This document shows, piece by piece, positions 9,546 to 19,031 of a stretch of 40,908 nt of DNA. The stretch is from Candidatus Competibacterales bacterium. GTDB lineage: Bacteria; Pseudomonadota; Gammaproteobacteria; Competibacterales; JAHEDQ01. The stretch covers positions 1 to 40,908 of the forward strand of contig JBFGYN010000002.1 in assembly GCA_041587415.1 (NCBI GenBank), read 5' to 3'. Numbering within the stretch: position 1 is the first letter of the stretch; each line of letters opens with the position of its first letter. A model generated the notes under the pieces. The model had not been told where the DNA came from. It searched no databases and saw only the letters and a list, made by a program, of their open reading frames with translations. Made by a program: the position numbers and the translations under genes.

Positions 9546-10046
9546 GGGGAGTCGGCTGGACAGTCGCTCCGCACCTATCCTCGTGCAGCAAGGGACCCGA
9601 GGCGAGACGGCGCAGTCACTGCGCGCGGTCTTGGTCGAACGGACCGTGCACGAGGATAGGTGTGGGGAGGAAAGTCCGGGCTCCGCAGGGCAGGGTGCCA
9701 GGTAATGCCTGGACGGCGCGAGCCGATGGAAAGTGCCACAGAAAACAGACTGCCCCGCGCAAATCCCCGCGCGCGCTCTTTACCGCCGGCGTCGAAAGTC
9801 GCCGCCGTGTGAGGCGCGTCGAGGGATCGCGTTGGGGTAAAGGTGAAAAGGTGCGGTAAGAGCGCACCGCGCCACCGGTAACGGGCGGCGGCACGGCAAA
9901 CCCCACTCGGAGCAAGACCAAATAGGGGAGCATCTGCGTACGGCCCGTACGGCTCCCGGGTAGGTCGCTCGAGGCACGCGGCGACGCGTGTCCCAGATGA
10001 ATGACTGTCCCAGACAGAACCCGGCTTACAGGCCGACTCCCCACCT
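9546..10046 (+). ncRNA. rnpB: RNase P RNA, bacterial type A (M1 RNA), enlarged
   Basis: Universal P4 core GGAGGAAAGTCCGGGCTCC at 9666. GGGCAGGGTGCCAGGTAATGCCTGG; GGTAAAGGTGAAAAGGTGCGGTAAGAGCGCACCGC; CAAATAGGGG..GTACGGCCCGTAC; AGATGAATGACTGTCC..ACAGAACCCGGCTTACAGG. P1 pairing of 9546-9556 (GGGGAGTCGGC) with 10032-10042 (GCCGACTCCCC). Lies between rsmI and mraZ, where several gammaproteobacteria carry it (from memory). Confidence 0.93.
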
Positions 10047-10235
10047 CTGTTCCCCGAATCGGCAATTTGTCCCACTTGGCGCCTGTCGAAACAGCGCCAT
10101 CGCCGGACCACTCGCTGAGCCATTCCAATTTTCCTCGTGTTTTGAATTCGATAGGAACTGTTTCCCGCGCATCCCCGGCAGTGCAGAACCGCTGAGACAG
10201 ACTCACGGAAACACGCGATTCCCGCAGAATCGTGG

Positions 10236-10264
10236 TTGACAGCTCGTCATGCGGTTCATATAGT
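10236..10264 (+). promoter_or_regulatory. Pmra, sigma70 promoter of the dcw cluster
   Basis: Perfect -35 TTGACA (10236-10241), exact 17-nt spacer, -10 TATAGT (10259-10264). About 90 nt upstream of mraZ. Confidence 0.65.
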
Positions 10265-10296
10265 GGAATGAAGTGGGGGGAAGTGGAAAAAAGGGG
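10262..10296 (+). promoter_or_regulatory. Phased direct repeats, candidate MraZ operator
   Basis: AGTGG at 10262, 10272 and 10282, and AGGGG at 10292, with an exact 10-bp period. They overlap and follow the -10, like the short G-rich MraZ-box repeats described at Pmra in E. coli and other bacteria. Confidence 0.55.
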
Positions 10297-10352
10297 AGAA
10301 CGGTCGGGCTGGACGCATTCCTGGATTCCCTCACCGAACCAGGGGAAAGCGA

Positions 10353-10802
10353 TTGTTCCGTGGCCTCAACACCCTTGCACTCGATAGCAAAGGGCGCATG
10401 TCGATTCCAGCGCGATTGCGCGAAACGCTGCGTGAGGCATCCAGCGGCCGCATCGTCATCACAATCGACACTGCACGTTGCCTTCTGATCTATCCGTACA
10501 ACGAGTGGGAGAAGGTCGAGGAGAAACTCACCAAGCTCCCCACGGCCAATAAGCAAGTGCGTCGCCTGCAGCGACTACTACTCGGCCATGCCGAGGAGTG
10601 CGAGATGGATGCTCAGGGGCGCGTTCTCATTTCACCTCAGCTTCGGGATTTCGCGCAGCTCGACAAGCGGGTTGCCCTCGTCGGTCAGGGGCTCAAGTTG
10701 GAGCTATGGGATCAAGCGCGCTGGTTCGACCTGCGTGAGGAGTTGCTTGGCGATGGAGATGACGAGTCCCTCTCCGCGGCAATCGAAGATCTGGTTATCT
10801 GA
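10353..10802 (+). CDS. mraZ: Transcriptional regulator MraZ
   Basis: MFRGLNTLALDSKGRMSIPARLRE.. and a second SpoVT/AbrB-like repeat (MDAQGRVLISPQLRDFA). First gene of the dcw cluster. Confidence 0.95.
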   Translation: MFRGLNTLALDSKGRMSIPARLRETLREASSGRIVITIDTARCLLIYPYNEWEKVEEKLTKLPTANKQVRRLQRLLLGHAEECEMDAQGRVLISPQLRDFAQLDKRVALVGQGLKLELWDQARWFDLREELLGDGDDESLSAAIEDLVI

Positions 10803-10811
10803 CCGGGCCGC

Positions 10812-11738
10812 ATGCCGGCGAACCACGATCCGGTCCTGTTGAGTGAAGTACTGGAGGCTCTTGAAGTGAAGGCCACCGGCGCATACGTGGATGGGACGTT
10901 CGGCCGCGGCGGTCATGCGACGGCCGTTTTGGCCCGGCTCGGTCCGACAGGGCGATTGCTTGCCTTGGATCTCGATCCCGAGGCCGAATCAGCTGCCGAA
11001 AAACTGCTGGATGATCGCCGTTTCACGTTCGAACGCGCGCCGTTCAGTGAACTCGAGCGCGTAGCATCCGCGGCCGGCCTTGCGGGGCGAATCGATGGTG
11101 TGATCCTCGATCTCGGCGTGTCGTCGCCGCAACTCGATGATCCGGAGCGGGGTTTCAGTTTTCTCCGAGATGGTCCACTGGATATGCGCATGGATCCCAC
11201 ACAGGGCGAAAGCGCAGCCGATTGGCTGGCGGACGCCGAGCATGGGGAGATCTCGCGGGTGCTCAAGGAATACGGTGAAGAGCGTCATCATCGCCGCATT
11301 GCAAGCCGAATCGTTCGATCACGCGCACAGGCGCCGATACGAACTACCCGGCAGCTGGCCGAGTTGGTCGCGGCCGCAGTGCCAGGGCGGGAGCCCGGAA
11401 AGCACCCGGCAACGCGAACCTTCCAGGCCATACGCATACACGTGAACCGCGAACTGGATGAGCTGCGGCAGGCACTCGAACAGGCGGAGCGGCTTCTTGC
11501 TCCCGGTGGCCGGCTCGCGGTCATCAGCTTTCATTCTCTCGAGGATCGCATCGTCAAACGATTTATCCGCCAGCGCGCTCGCGGGAAGGTCTTTCCGCCT
11601 GAATTGCCGATTACCGGCGTTGAGACTGGCGCCACGCTCAGGCCGATCGGCAAGGCACGAAAAGCGGGTAAGGAGGAGGTACGCCGCAATCCTCGATCGC
11701 GAAGCGCAATCCTGAGGGTCGCGGAGAGGCTGCCATGA
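10812..11738 (+). CDS. rsmH: 16S rRNA (cytosine1402-N4)-methyltransferase RsmH (MraW)
   Basis: HDPVLLSEVLEAL, YVDGTFGRGGH, DLGVSSPQLD, GPLDMRMD, ISFHSLEDRIVK motifs. Confidence 0.95.
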   Translation: MPANHDPVLLSEVLEALEVKATGAYVDGTFGRGGHATAVLARLGPTGRLLALDLDPEAESAAEKLLDDRRFTFERAPFSELERVASAAGLAGRIDGVILDLGVSSPQLDDPERGFSFLRDGPLDMRMDPTQGESAADWLADAEHGEISRVLKEYGEERHHRRIASRIVRSRAQAPIRTTRQLAELVAAAVPGREPGKHPATRTFQAIRIHVNRELDELRQALEQAERLLAPGGRLAVISFHSLEDRIVKRFIRQRARGKVFPPELPITGVETGATLRPIGKARKAGKEEVRRNPRSRSAILRVAERLP

Positions 11739-12001
11739 GCGCCGGAAACTTGGTTGGCATCGGCCTGCTCTTGGTCGTCATGTGTGGCGTCGGTGCCGTG
11801 CACATCCGACACGAATCTCGGAATCTGCACATGCAGCTGGAATCATTGCGGGACCGCCGGGATGCCCTGGAGATGGACTGGAACAGATTGCAGCTGGAAC
11901 TCAGTACGCTCGCGGCCCCGGCGCTTGTGGACCAGGTGGCCAGGGCGCGGCTGGACATGTCGCTCCCCGATCCCGAACAGATCGTCTACCTCAGACCATG
12001 A
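11735..12001 (+). CDS. ftsL: Cell division protein FtsL
   Basis: 88 aa, single TM (LVGIGLLLVVMCGVGAV) followed by a coiled coil. Position between rsmH and ftsI. ATGA overlaps at both ends. Confidence 0.88.
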   Translation: MSAGNLVGIGLLLVVMCGVGAVHIRHESRNLHMQLESLRDRRDALEMDWNRLQLELSTLAAPALVDQVARARLDMSLPDPEQIVYLRP

Positions 12002-13716
12002 GCAGGAACAACGGGCAACCGGTGTCCCCTTGGCGATTTCGCCTCGTATGTGCGTGCCTCCTACTCGGGCTGGGCGCGGTGATCGGTCGCGCTGCGCAGC
12101 TACAGATCGTCGAAAGCGACGAGCTCCGAAAAGCCGGGCGTGCCCGTTTCCAGCGCCACGTTGTGGTGCCTGCGCACCGGGGCCGCATTTTGGATCGCCA
12201 CGGAGAACCGATTGCCGTCAGCGCACCCGTGGATGCCATTTGGGCCGAGCCCAGACAGGTGTTGGCGCACCGCAGCAGTATCCAACCGCTCGCTCAGCTG
12301 CTGGAGCGCGCACCACAAGATCTCGAGCGCTTTCTCCAGGAGCGCGCGAACCGTGGATTCGTATACCTCCGTCGACACATGCGGCCCGACCAGGCCGCGC
12401 GAGTCATGGCCCTCGGCATCGAGGGTGTTTCCCGTCAGCGGGAGTATCGCCGCTACTATCCGACCGCGGAGGTGACGGGACAACTGATTGGTTACACGAA
12501 CATCGACAATCAGGGCCAAGAAGGGCTCGAACTCGGGTTTGAAGAATGGCTCGTCGGTCGCCCTGGCACGAAGCGGGTCGTGCGCGACGGCCACGGCCGA
12601 ATCATTGACGTGGGCGATTATCTGCGTGCGCCCGAGCCGGGACGAGACCTTCGGCTGTCCATCGACCGCAGGGTCCAGTACATGGCCTATCGCGTTCTCA
12701 AGACGAGCGTCCTCCAGCATCGCGCAAAGGCCGGCAGTGCCGTCGTGCTCGATGTGACCACGGGTGAGATTCTCGCCATGGTCAATCAACCGGCGGCCAA
12801 TCCGAACGACCGCAGCCGCCTGAGCCCGGCATCGCAGCGAAATCGCGCCATCGTCGATCTGTTCGAGCCCGGGTCAACCGTCAAGCCTTTCACGGTTGCC
12901 GCGGCTCTCGAGGCAAAGCGCTGCAGCCCAAACACACCGGTCGACACCCGCCCGGGGTACTTGCGCGTCGGGCGCCACGTGGTTCGCGACGTACGCGATT
13001 TCGGCGTCCTCGACGTCGCGGGGGTCATACGGAAATCCAGCAATGTTGGGATCAGCAAGCTCGCGTTGGCGCTGCCCGAGACTTCGTTATGGTCTCTCTA
13101 CCGCCGACTCGGATTCGGCGAGCCCACGGGAGTGGAGTTCCCCGGCGAGGTGCCTGGCGAGCTGAGGCATTATTCGGATTGGACTCGTTTCGAACGGGCG
13201 ACCCATTCTTTCGGCTATGGCCTCTCGGTGAACGTACTGCAACTTGCCGACGCCTATGCAGTATTGGCTGCCGATGGCGTTCGCCGCACACCGACGATCG
13301 TCGCACGAGACGAGGTGCCGGCCGGCGAGCGCGTCATGTCCCCGCAGGTTGCCGCAACCGTCCGCAGGCTGATGGAGGCCGTGGTTGCCGACGGCGGTAC
13401 CGCGCCGCGCGCCCAGGTTGCCGGTTATCGGGTCGCTGGCAAGACCGGCACGGTAAAAAAGAGCGCGCGGGGCGGCTACGAAGACGATCGATTCCTTGCG
13501 CTGTTCGCGGGCATGGCGCCAGCCAGCCGGCCCAAGCTCGTGGTTGTCGTCATGATCGATGACCCGCGCGGTGAGCAGTACTACGGCGGGCAGGTTGCCG
13601 CACCCGCGTTTTCGCGAATCTTGAGCGGTGCGCTGCGTCTAATGGATGTGCCGCCAGACGATATCCCGAGCCCCAGGACGGTCGTCGCACACGCGGCGAA
13701 GGATGGTCGGAAATGA
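11998..13716 (+). CDS. ftsI: Peptidoglycan D,D-transpeptidase FtsI (PBP3)
   Basis: From ATG 11998 (ATGA overlap with ftsL): TM anchor, STVKP (SxxK), SSN (SxN) and KTGT motifs. The track ORF start at 11782 is an in-frame upstream extension. Confidence 0.94.
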   Translation: MSRNNGQPVSPWRFRLVCACLLLGLGAVIGRAAQLQIVESDELRKAGRARFQRHVVVPAHRGRILDRHGEPIAVSAPVDAIWAEPRQVLAHRSSIQPLAQLLERAPQDLERFLQERANRGFVYLRRHMRPDQAARVMALGIEGVSRQREYRRYYPTAEVTGQLIGYTNIDNQGQEGLELGFEEWLVGRPGTKRVVRDGHGRIIDVGDYLRAPEPGRDLRLSIDRRVQYMAYRVLKTSVLQHRAKAGSAVVLDVTTGEILAMVNQPAANPNDRSRLSPASQRNRAIVDLFEPGSTVKPFTVAAALEAKRCSPNTPVDTRPGYLRVGRHVVRDVRDFGVLDVAGVIRKSSNVGISKLALALPETSLWSLYRRLGFGEPTGVEFPGEVPGELRHYSDWTRFERATHSFGYGLSVNVLQLADAYAVLAADGVRRTPTIVARDEVPAGERVMSPQVAATVRRLMEAVVADGGTAPRAQVAGYRVAGKTGTVKKSARGGYEDDRFLALFAGMAPASRPKLVVVVMIDDPRGEQYYGGQVAAPAFSRILSGALRLMDVPPDDIPSPRTVVAHAAKDGRK

Positions 13717-15230
13717 TACCAGCGGAGCTTCTCATGGGGATGCCCCTCAGCGAGTTGTTGGATGGGGTCGTAGATGTGTCCGGCGGGCAGCCAGCGGATG
13801 TAACCGGAATTGCCACCGACAGCCGTGAGGTCAGGGTTGGGGACGTTTTTCTCGCGCTGGCCGGCCGTACGCGTCACGGCCTCGAGTTCCTGCCGCAAGT
13901 GGAGCATGCCGGTGCGTCCGCCGTGCTCTGGGAACCGCCGGCCCCTACACCGCTCGCGCCGGAGGTATGTGCGACATCCATCCCGTGTATCCCGGTGCCG
14001 GGACTCAGCCGTGTCGCGGGGGAGATCGCCAACCGCTTCTACGGCGCGCCCTCCAACTCGCTTCGGGTCATCGGCGTTACCGGAACCGACGGCAAGACTT
14101 CATGTGCCCATTTTCTCGCCCAGGCATTGTCGAAATCCGGCGCACCCTGCGGATTGATCGGCACGCTCGGATACGGTCTCCCTGGGCGCCTCACGCCTGG
14201 CCCGCACACGACTCCGGATGCAGTGACCGTTCATCGAATCCTGGCCAACGTTCGCGACGCTGGTGGTACAGCGGTCGCGATGGAAGTGTCCTCGCACGGC
14301 CTCGACCAGGGTCGAGTGAACGGTGTGCACTTCGATACCGCATTGCTGACGAACCTCACACGGGACCACCTCGACTACCACGGGACAATGGACGAATACG
14401 CGGCTGCAAAAGCGCGGTTGTTCCGGTCGCCTGGGCTAAGACGCGTCGTGCTGAACCTGCAGGACCCTTTCGGCCGACTGCTTGCCACGTCGTTGCCGCC
14501 GGTGGATCGAATCGGCTACAGCGTCAATCCGGACCCGGAGCGGTCCACCGCAATCCGGCTCATCTTCGCCAGGAATATCGAACTGCTACCGGACGGGCTT
14601 GCGATTCGGGTGGCCGGCGACTGGGGAGAAGGCGAGTTCCGCTCTTCACTGCTTGGCCGCTTCAATGCCAGCAATCTTCTCGGGGTACTTGGCGTGCTGC
14701 TCGGAACCGGCATTCCCTTCGACGAAGCGCTGACACGTCTCGCAGCTCTACGGACTGTTCCGGGTCGGATGCAACGGTTCGGCGGAGACGGTAGGCCACT
14801 CGTGGTGGTGGACTACGCGCACACACCCAATGCGCTCGAGCAAGTGCTCGCCGCGTTGCGCGAGCATGGGCGGGGGCGACTCGTTTGCGCATTCGGATGC
14901 GGCGGCGATCGCGACCGGGGAAAACGGGCGGATATGGCGCGCGCCGCGGAGCGCGGCGCCGATTTCGCGATTGTCACCGACGACAATCCCAGAAGCGAGG
15001 ATGCGAACGGAATCGTCCGGGACATACTTGCGGGCTTCTCCTCTTCTGCCCGGTTCGACGTGGTCCGGGACCGCCGAACAGCAATCACCCGCGCAATCGA
15101 CTGGGCCGGCCCCGGCGACACGGTGCTGATCGCGGGCAAGGGGCACGAGGAATATCAGTTGGTAAATGGCCAAAGATTGCACTTCAGCGACGCCGAGACA
15201 GTCGCGCAACTGCTTGGAATCCGAGGGTGA
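13713..15230 (+). CDS. murE: UDP-N-acetylmuramoyl-L-alanyl-D-glutamate--2,6-diaminopimelate ligase
   Basis: GVTGTDGKTS P-loop, EVSSHGLDQGR, DYAHTPNALE, and the DNPR motif (TDDNPRSED) typical of mDAP-adding MurE. ATGA overlap with ftsI. Confidence 0.94.
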   Translation: MIPAELLMGMPLSELLDGVVDVSGGQPADVTGIATDSREVRVGDVFLALAGRTRHGLEFLPQVEHAGASAVLWEPPAPTPLAPEVCATSIPCIPVPGLSRVAGEIANRFYGAPSNSLRVIGVTGTDGKTSCAHFLAQALSKSGAPCGLIGTLGYGLPGRLTPGPHTTPDAVTVHRILANVRDAGGTAVAMEVSSHGLDQGRVNGVHFDTALLTNLTRDHLDYHGTMDEYAAAKARLFRSPGLRRVVLNLQDPFGRLLATSLPPVDRIGYSVNPDPERSTAIRLIFARNIELLPDGLAIRVAGDWGEGEFRSSLLGRFNASNLLGVLGVLLGTGIPFDEALTRLAALRTVPGRMQRFGGDGRPLVVVDYAHTPNALEQVLAALREHGRGRLVCAFGCGGDRDRGKRADMARAAERGADFAIVTDDNPRSEDANGIVRDILAGFSSSARFDVVRDRRTAITRAIDWAGPGDTVLIAGKGHEEYQLVNGQRLHFSDAETVAQLLGIRG

Positions 15231-16585
15231 TCGAAGGCACGCTGAAGCAAGCCGCCTCTTGGTGCGACGGGTGCCTGAACGGCGCCGATCATCGGTTCGC
15301 CGGTGTCAGCACCGATACCCGATCGTTGGGAAAAGGCCAGCTGTTCGTTGCGCTCGAGGGTGAGCGATTCGATGCGCACCAGTTCCTGGATCGTGCCGCG
15401 CTGGGCGGCGCATCCGGTGTTGTCGTCCATCGTGATGTGAGCACCGAGTTGTCCCAGGTCGTCGTCGACGATACGCGGCTCGCCTTGGGCCGCTTGGCGG
15501 CCTATTGGCGCACTCAATTGACGGCTCGCGTCGTCGCTCTTACGGGAAGCAACGGCAAGACCACCGTAAAGGAGATGTTGGCGGCAATCTTGGCGCGCTG
15601 CGGATCGGTGCACGCGACGCGGGGGAACCTGAACAACGACATCGGTCTTCCCCTGACACTGCTGGCCGCGGATCCCCATGACGACTACCTCGTGCTCGAG
15701 CTCGGCGCCAACGCGCCCGGCGACATTGCGTACCTTACGGCCATCGGTCGATCCCACGTTGCGCTCGTCAACAATGCCGGCCCCGCTCACCTGGAAGGGT
15801 TCGGCTCCGTGGCCGGAGTGGCGCGGGCCAAGGGCGAGATCTTTGATGGGCTGTTGGCGGACGGCACGGCGGTTTTCAACGGCGATGACGGGCACGCCGC
15901 AGTCTGGCGAGCCCTGACGGCACATCGGAAGCGACTCGAATTCGGGTTTGCACCAGATCGCGATGTGCGCGGGGAATTGCTCGATGCGGCAGATAACCGT
16001 GTGCGAATTCATCTGCCAGGATCGACTTTCGAGGCCCGCGTGCCGCTGCCTGGACCGCACAATGTGATGAACGCCCTGGCGGCGTCCGCCGTGGCGTTCG
16101 CTTTGGGGGCCGCCATCGACGACATTCGGGGCGGTCTCGAGTCCGTGCACGGGGTTCCCGGTCGATTGCAGCGGGTCCTCGGTCGACACGGCGCTCGGAT
16201 TCTGAACGACACCTACAATGCCAATCCTCTCTCTCTCCGGGCGGGAATCGACGCCCTAGCGTCCGAGCCTGGCCAACATTGGTTGGTTCTCGGCGACATG
16301 CTCGAATTGGGTGCGCACGGGGCGGATCACCACCGGGCCGCTGGGCGGCTGGCAAGAGACGCCGGTTGTTTCCGCCTCTTCACCTTCGGTGCTTTGAGCC
16401 GGGGTGCCGCCGAGGAGTTTGGCCCGGGCGCCGCGCATTTCGAAGCCGTCGAGCCCCTCTGCGAGGCATTATCCGCTGCTCTCGAGGCGACAGCAGAACC
16501 TGTGACGATGCTGGTCAAGGGATCACGCGGAATGCGGTTGGAGCGCGTCGTCGCCTGCCTGGCGGAGCCGGAGGAGACTGCTTGA
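15227..16585 (+). CDS. murF: UDP-N-acetylmuramoyl-tripeptide--D-alanyl-D-alanine ligase
   Basis: From GTG 15227 (GTGA overlap with the murE stop): ..[27 protein letters not shown].., [26 protein letters not shown]. The track start at 14885 lies inside murE. Confidence 0.92.
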   Translation: MIEGTLKQAASWCDGCLNGADHRFAGVSTDTRSLGKGQLFVALEGERFDAHQFLDRAALGGASGVVVHRDVSTELSQVVVDDTRLALGRLAAYWRTQLTARVVALTGSNGKTTVKEMLAAILARCGSVHATRGNLNNDIGLPLTLLAADPHDDYLVLELGANAPGDIAYLTAIGRSHVALVNNAGPAHLEGFGSVAGVARAKGEIFDGLLADGTAVFNGDDGHAAVWRALTAHRKRLEFGFAPDRDVRGELLDAADNRVRIHLPGSTFEARVPLPGPHNVMNALAASAVAFALGAAIDDIRGGLESVHGVPGRLQRVLGRHGARILNDTYNANPLSLRAGIDALASEPGQHWLVLGDMLELGAHGADHHRAAGRLARDAGCFRLFTFGALSRGAAEEFGPGAAHFEAVEPLCEALSAALEATAEPVTMLVKGSRGMRLERVVACLAEPEETA

Positions 16586-17667
16586 TGCTTGTCTATTTCA
16601 CCGAGTTCCTGGCGAAATACCACAGTGGTTTCAACGTCTTCCAGTACCTCACGTTGCGTGCCATTCTCGGCGTGCTGACGGCGTTGCTCATCTCTTTCAT
16701 CGTTGGACCGACGATGATACGCCGACTCAGTTTTCACCAGATCGGACAGACGGTCCGCGTGGATGGCCCGGAGACACACCTGGTCAAAGCCGGGACACCG
16801 ACGATGGGCGGAGCACTGATCCTGGTGGCCATTGCGGTCTCCACTCTGCTCTGGGCCGACCTGGGAAACCGCTTCGTCTGGATTATTCTCGTTTTCACAC
16901 TCGGATTCGGTGTGATCGGCTGGGTCGACGACTACAAGAAACTGGTCCTCAAGAACTCCGACGGTCTCCCGGCACGACAGAAATACCTTTGGCAATCGAT
17001 CCTCGGAGTCGGTGTCGCGGCAATCCTCTTTGCCACCGCACAGGAGGGGGTGGAAACGCGCCTCATCGTTCCCTTCTTCAAGAACGTCGCCCTGGACTTG
17101 GGTTTCTGGTACATCCCGCTGGTCTATTTCGTCGTCGTCGGGACGTCTAACGCGGTCAACTTAACCGACGGTCTCGACGGTTTGGCCATCATGCCCACGG
17201 TCATGGTCGCGGGCGCATTTGCAGTATTCGCCTACCTCACGGGCAACGTCGTCTTTGCCGGGTATCTGGGAATTCCCTACGTTCCGGGCGTCGGTGAGAT
17301 GGTCGTGTTCTGTGGCGCCATGGTGGGGGCGGGTCTCGGGTTTCTGTGGTTCAACGCCTACCCGGCTCAGGTTTTCATGGGCGACGTGGGTGCCCTTGCC
17401 CTTGGCGCCGCCCTCGGCATTCTGGCCGTGATGGTTCGCCAGGAACTGGTGCTGGTGATTATGGGCGGCTTGTTCGTGGTGGAGACGGTGTCCGTCATCC
17501 TTCAGGTTGCCTCCTTCAAGTTGACGGGGCGGCGGATCTTTCGAATGGCCCCCCTGCATCACCACTTCGAGCTGAAGGGATGGCCCGAACCCAGAATTAT
17601 CGTTCGCTTCTGGGTTGTCACCGTCATGCTCGTGCTCATCGGGCTCGCCACCTTGAAGATTCGCTAG
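16585..17667 (+). CDS. mraY: Phospho-N-acetylmuramoyl-pentapeptide transferase
   Basis: From ATG 16585: [29 protein letters not shown].., [34 protein letters not shown]. 360 aa. Confidence 0.95.
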   Translation: MLVYFTEFLAKYHSGFNVFQYLTLRAILGVLTALLISFIVGPTMIRRLSFHQIGQTVRVDGPETHLVKAGTPTMGGALILVAIAVSTLLWADLGNRFVWIILVFTLGFGVIGWVDDYKKLVLKNSDGLPARQKYLWQSILGVGVAAILFATAQEGVETRLIVPFFKNVALDLGFWYIPLVYFVVVGTSNAVNLTDGLDGLAIMPTVMVAGAFAVFAYLTGNVVFAGYLGIPYVPGVGEMVVFCGAMVGAGLGFLWFNAYPAQVFMGDVGALALGAALGILAVMVRQELVLVIMGGLFVVETVSVILQVASFKLTGRRIFRMAPLHHHFELKGWPEPRIIVRFWVVTVMLVLIGLATLKIR

Positions 17668-17669
17668 AC

Positions 17670-19031
17670 ATGGCATCGCTCGACACGCGGCGGCTTCCGA
17701 TACCCGAACTGGCAGGACGTGTGCTGGTCGTGGGGCTCGACGTCACCGGGCTGTCCTGCGTCCGGTATCTGGCACCACTTGGCGCCGCGGTAGCCGTGGT
17801 GGACAGCCGCGAGGCGCCGCCAGGGCTCGATGCATTGCGCAACGAATTTCCCTACGTGCCGGTGTCGGCCGGAAATTTCGCCCCGGAGTTCTTCGAGCGC
17901 GCTGATCTCGTGTTACTCAGCCCCGGTGTGCCCGTTTCGACACCAGAGGTGGTCGACGCCTTTCGTCGCGGCGTTCCGGTGTGGAGCGACATTGAGCTGT
18001 TCGCAAGATTGAATGACGTGCCGATCGTGGCGATCACCGGTTCAAACGGCAAGAGCACCGTGACTGCGCTGCTTGGGTCCATGGCGGAACGTGCCGGTCT
18101 GCGAGCCGGGGTGGGGGGGAACATCGGGATCGCCGCCCTGGACCTGCTCGCACACCGCGCAGACGTTCGGATCCTCGAACTCTCCAGCTTTCAGTTGGAG
18201 ACCACGTTCAGTCTCGATGCCGCGGCATCCGTCGTGCTCAACATCGCGCCGGACCACATGGACCGGTACGCGAATCTGGGTGAGTACGCGGCGGTCAAGG
18301 CACGCATCTATCGCGGTAACGGCGTGCAGGTCATCAATGTCGACGATCCGCTGGTGAGAGCCATGACTCGGGATCGGCGGAAGCTCGTTCGATTCACCCT
18401 CACCGAACCCGACGAGTCGGACTTTGGGGTCCGCAACGTGAGCGGACGAGCGTTTCTGTGCCACGGCGAAGAGCGATTGCTGGCCGCGGAGGATCTTCGC
18501 ATTTCTGGACACCACAACGTCGCGAACGCACTGGCGGCTCTTGCTCTGAGCTCTGCGGTCGGCATGGATCGTCATGCCGTCTTGTCGGCTCTGGCAGAAT
18601 TTGCCGGCTTGCCCCATCGATGCCAGTACGTCGCCGAGTCCCATGGTGTGCGTTTCTACAACGACTCCAAGGGCACCAACGTCAGTGCCACCGTTGCGGC
18701 AATACAAGGCCTGGGTGTTCCCGTGGTGCTCATCGCCGGTGGGCAGGGTAAGGGACAGGATTTCACACCGCTGGCGGAGGCATTGGCGAATCGGGCGCGC
18801 GGGGTGGTGCTGATTGGGGAGGATGCTCCGGCAATTCGGCAGGCTCTGGCGCAAGACGTCTTGGTGTGTGAGGCAGCGGACATGCCGACGGCGGTTCAAG
18901 CCGCCGCGCACATGGCCCAGGCGGGAGACGCGGTACTGCTCTCGCCCGCCTGCGCGAGCTTCGACATGTTTTCGGACTACAAGGCGCGAGGTCTGGCCTT
19001 CGTCGCAGCCGTCGAGGGTCTCGGTTCATGA
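17670..19031 (+). CDS. murD: UDP-N-acetylmuramoylalanine--D-glutamate ligase
   Basis: From ATG 17670: Rossmann-like N-terminus, ITGSNGKST P-loop, DSKGTNV, LSPACASFDMF. Confidence 0.93.
   Translation: MASLDTRRLPIPELAGRVLVVGLDVTGLSCVRYLAPLGAAVAVVDSREAPPGLDALRNEFPYVPVSAGNFAPEFFERADLVLLSPGVPVSTPEVVDAFRRGVPVWSDIELFARLNDVPIVAITGSNGKSTVTALLGSMAERAGLRAGVGGNIGIAALDLLAHRADVRILELSSFQLETTFSLDAAASVVLNIAPDHMDRYANLGEYAAVKARIYRGNGVQVINVDDPLVRAMTRDRRKLVRFTLTEPDESDFGVRNVSGRAFLCHGEERLLAAEDLRISGHHNVANALAALALSSAVGMDRHAVLSALAEFAGLPHRCQYVAESHGVRFYNDSKGTNVSATVAAIQGLGVPVVLIAGGQGKGQDFTPLAEALANRARGVVLIGEDAPAIRQALAQDVLVCEAADMPTAVQAAAHMAQAGDAVLLSPACASFDMFSDYKARGLAFVAAVEGLGS

Noticed and set aside
14885-15226. Long in-frame N-terminal extensions in the ORF track (murF from 14885, mraY from 16279, murD from 17346, murG from 19918, ftsA from 23165, ftsI from 11782, lpoA to 8527, yraN to 6665, folK from 38452, sspA from 3362).
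   Set aside because: The extensions overlap the preceding conserved gene and lack homology-like sequence. The conserved N-termini begin at internal ATG/GTG codons that overlap or abut the upstream stop codon.
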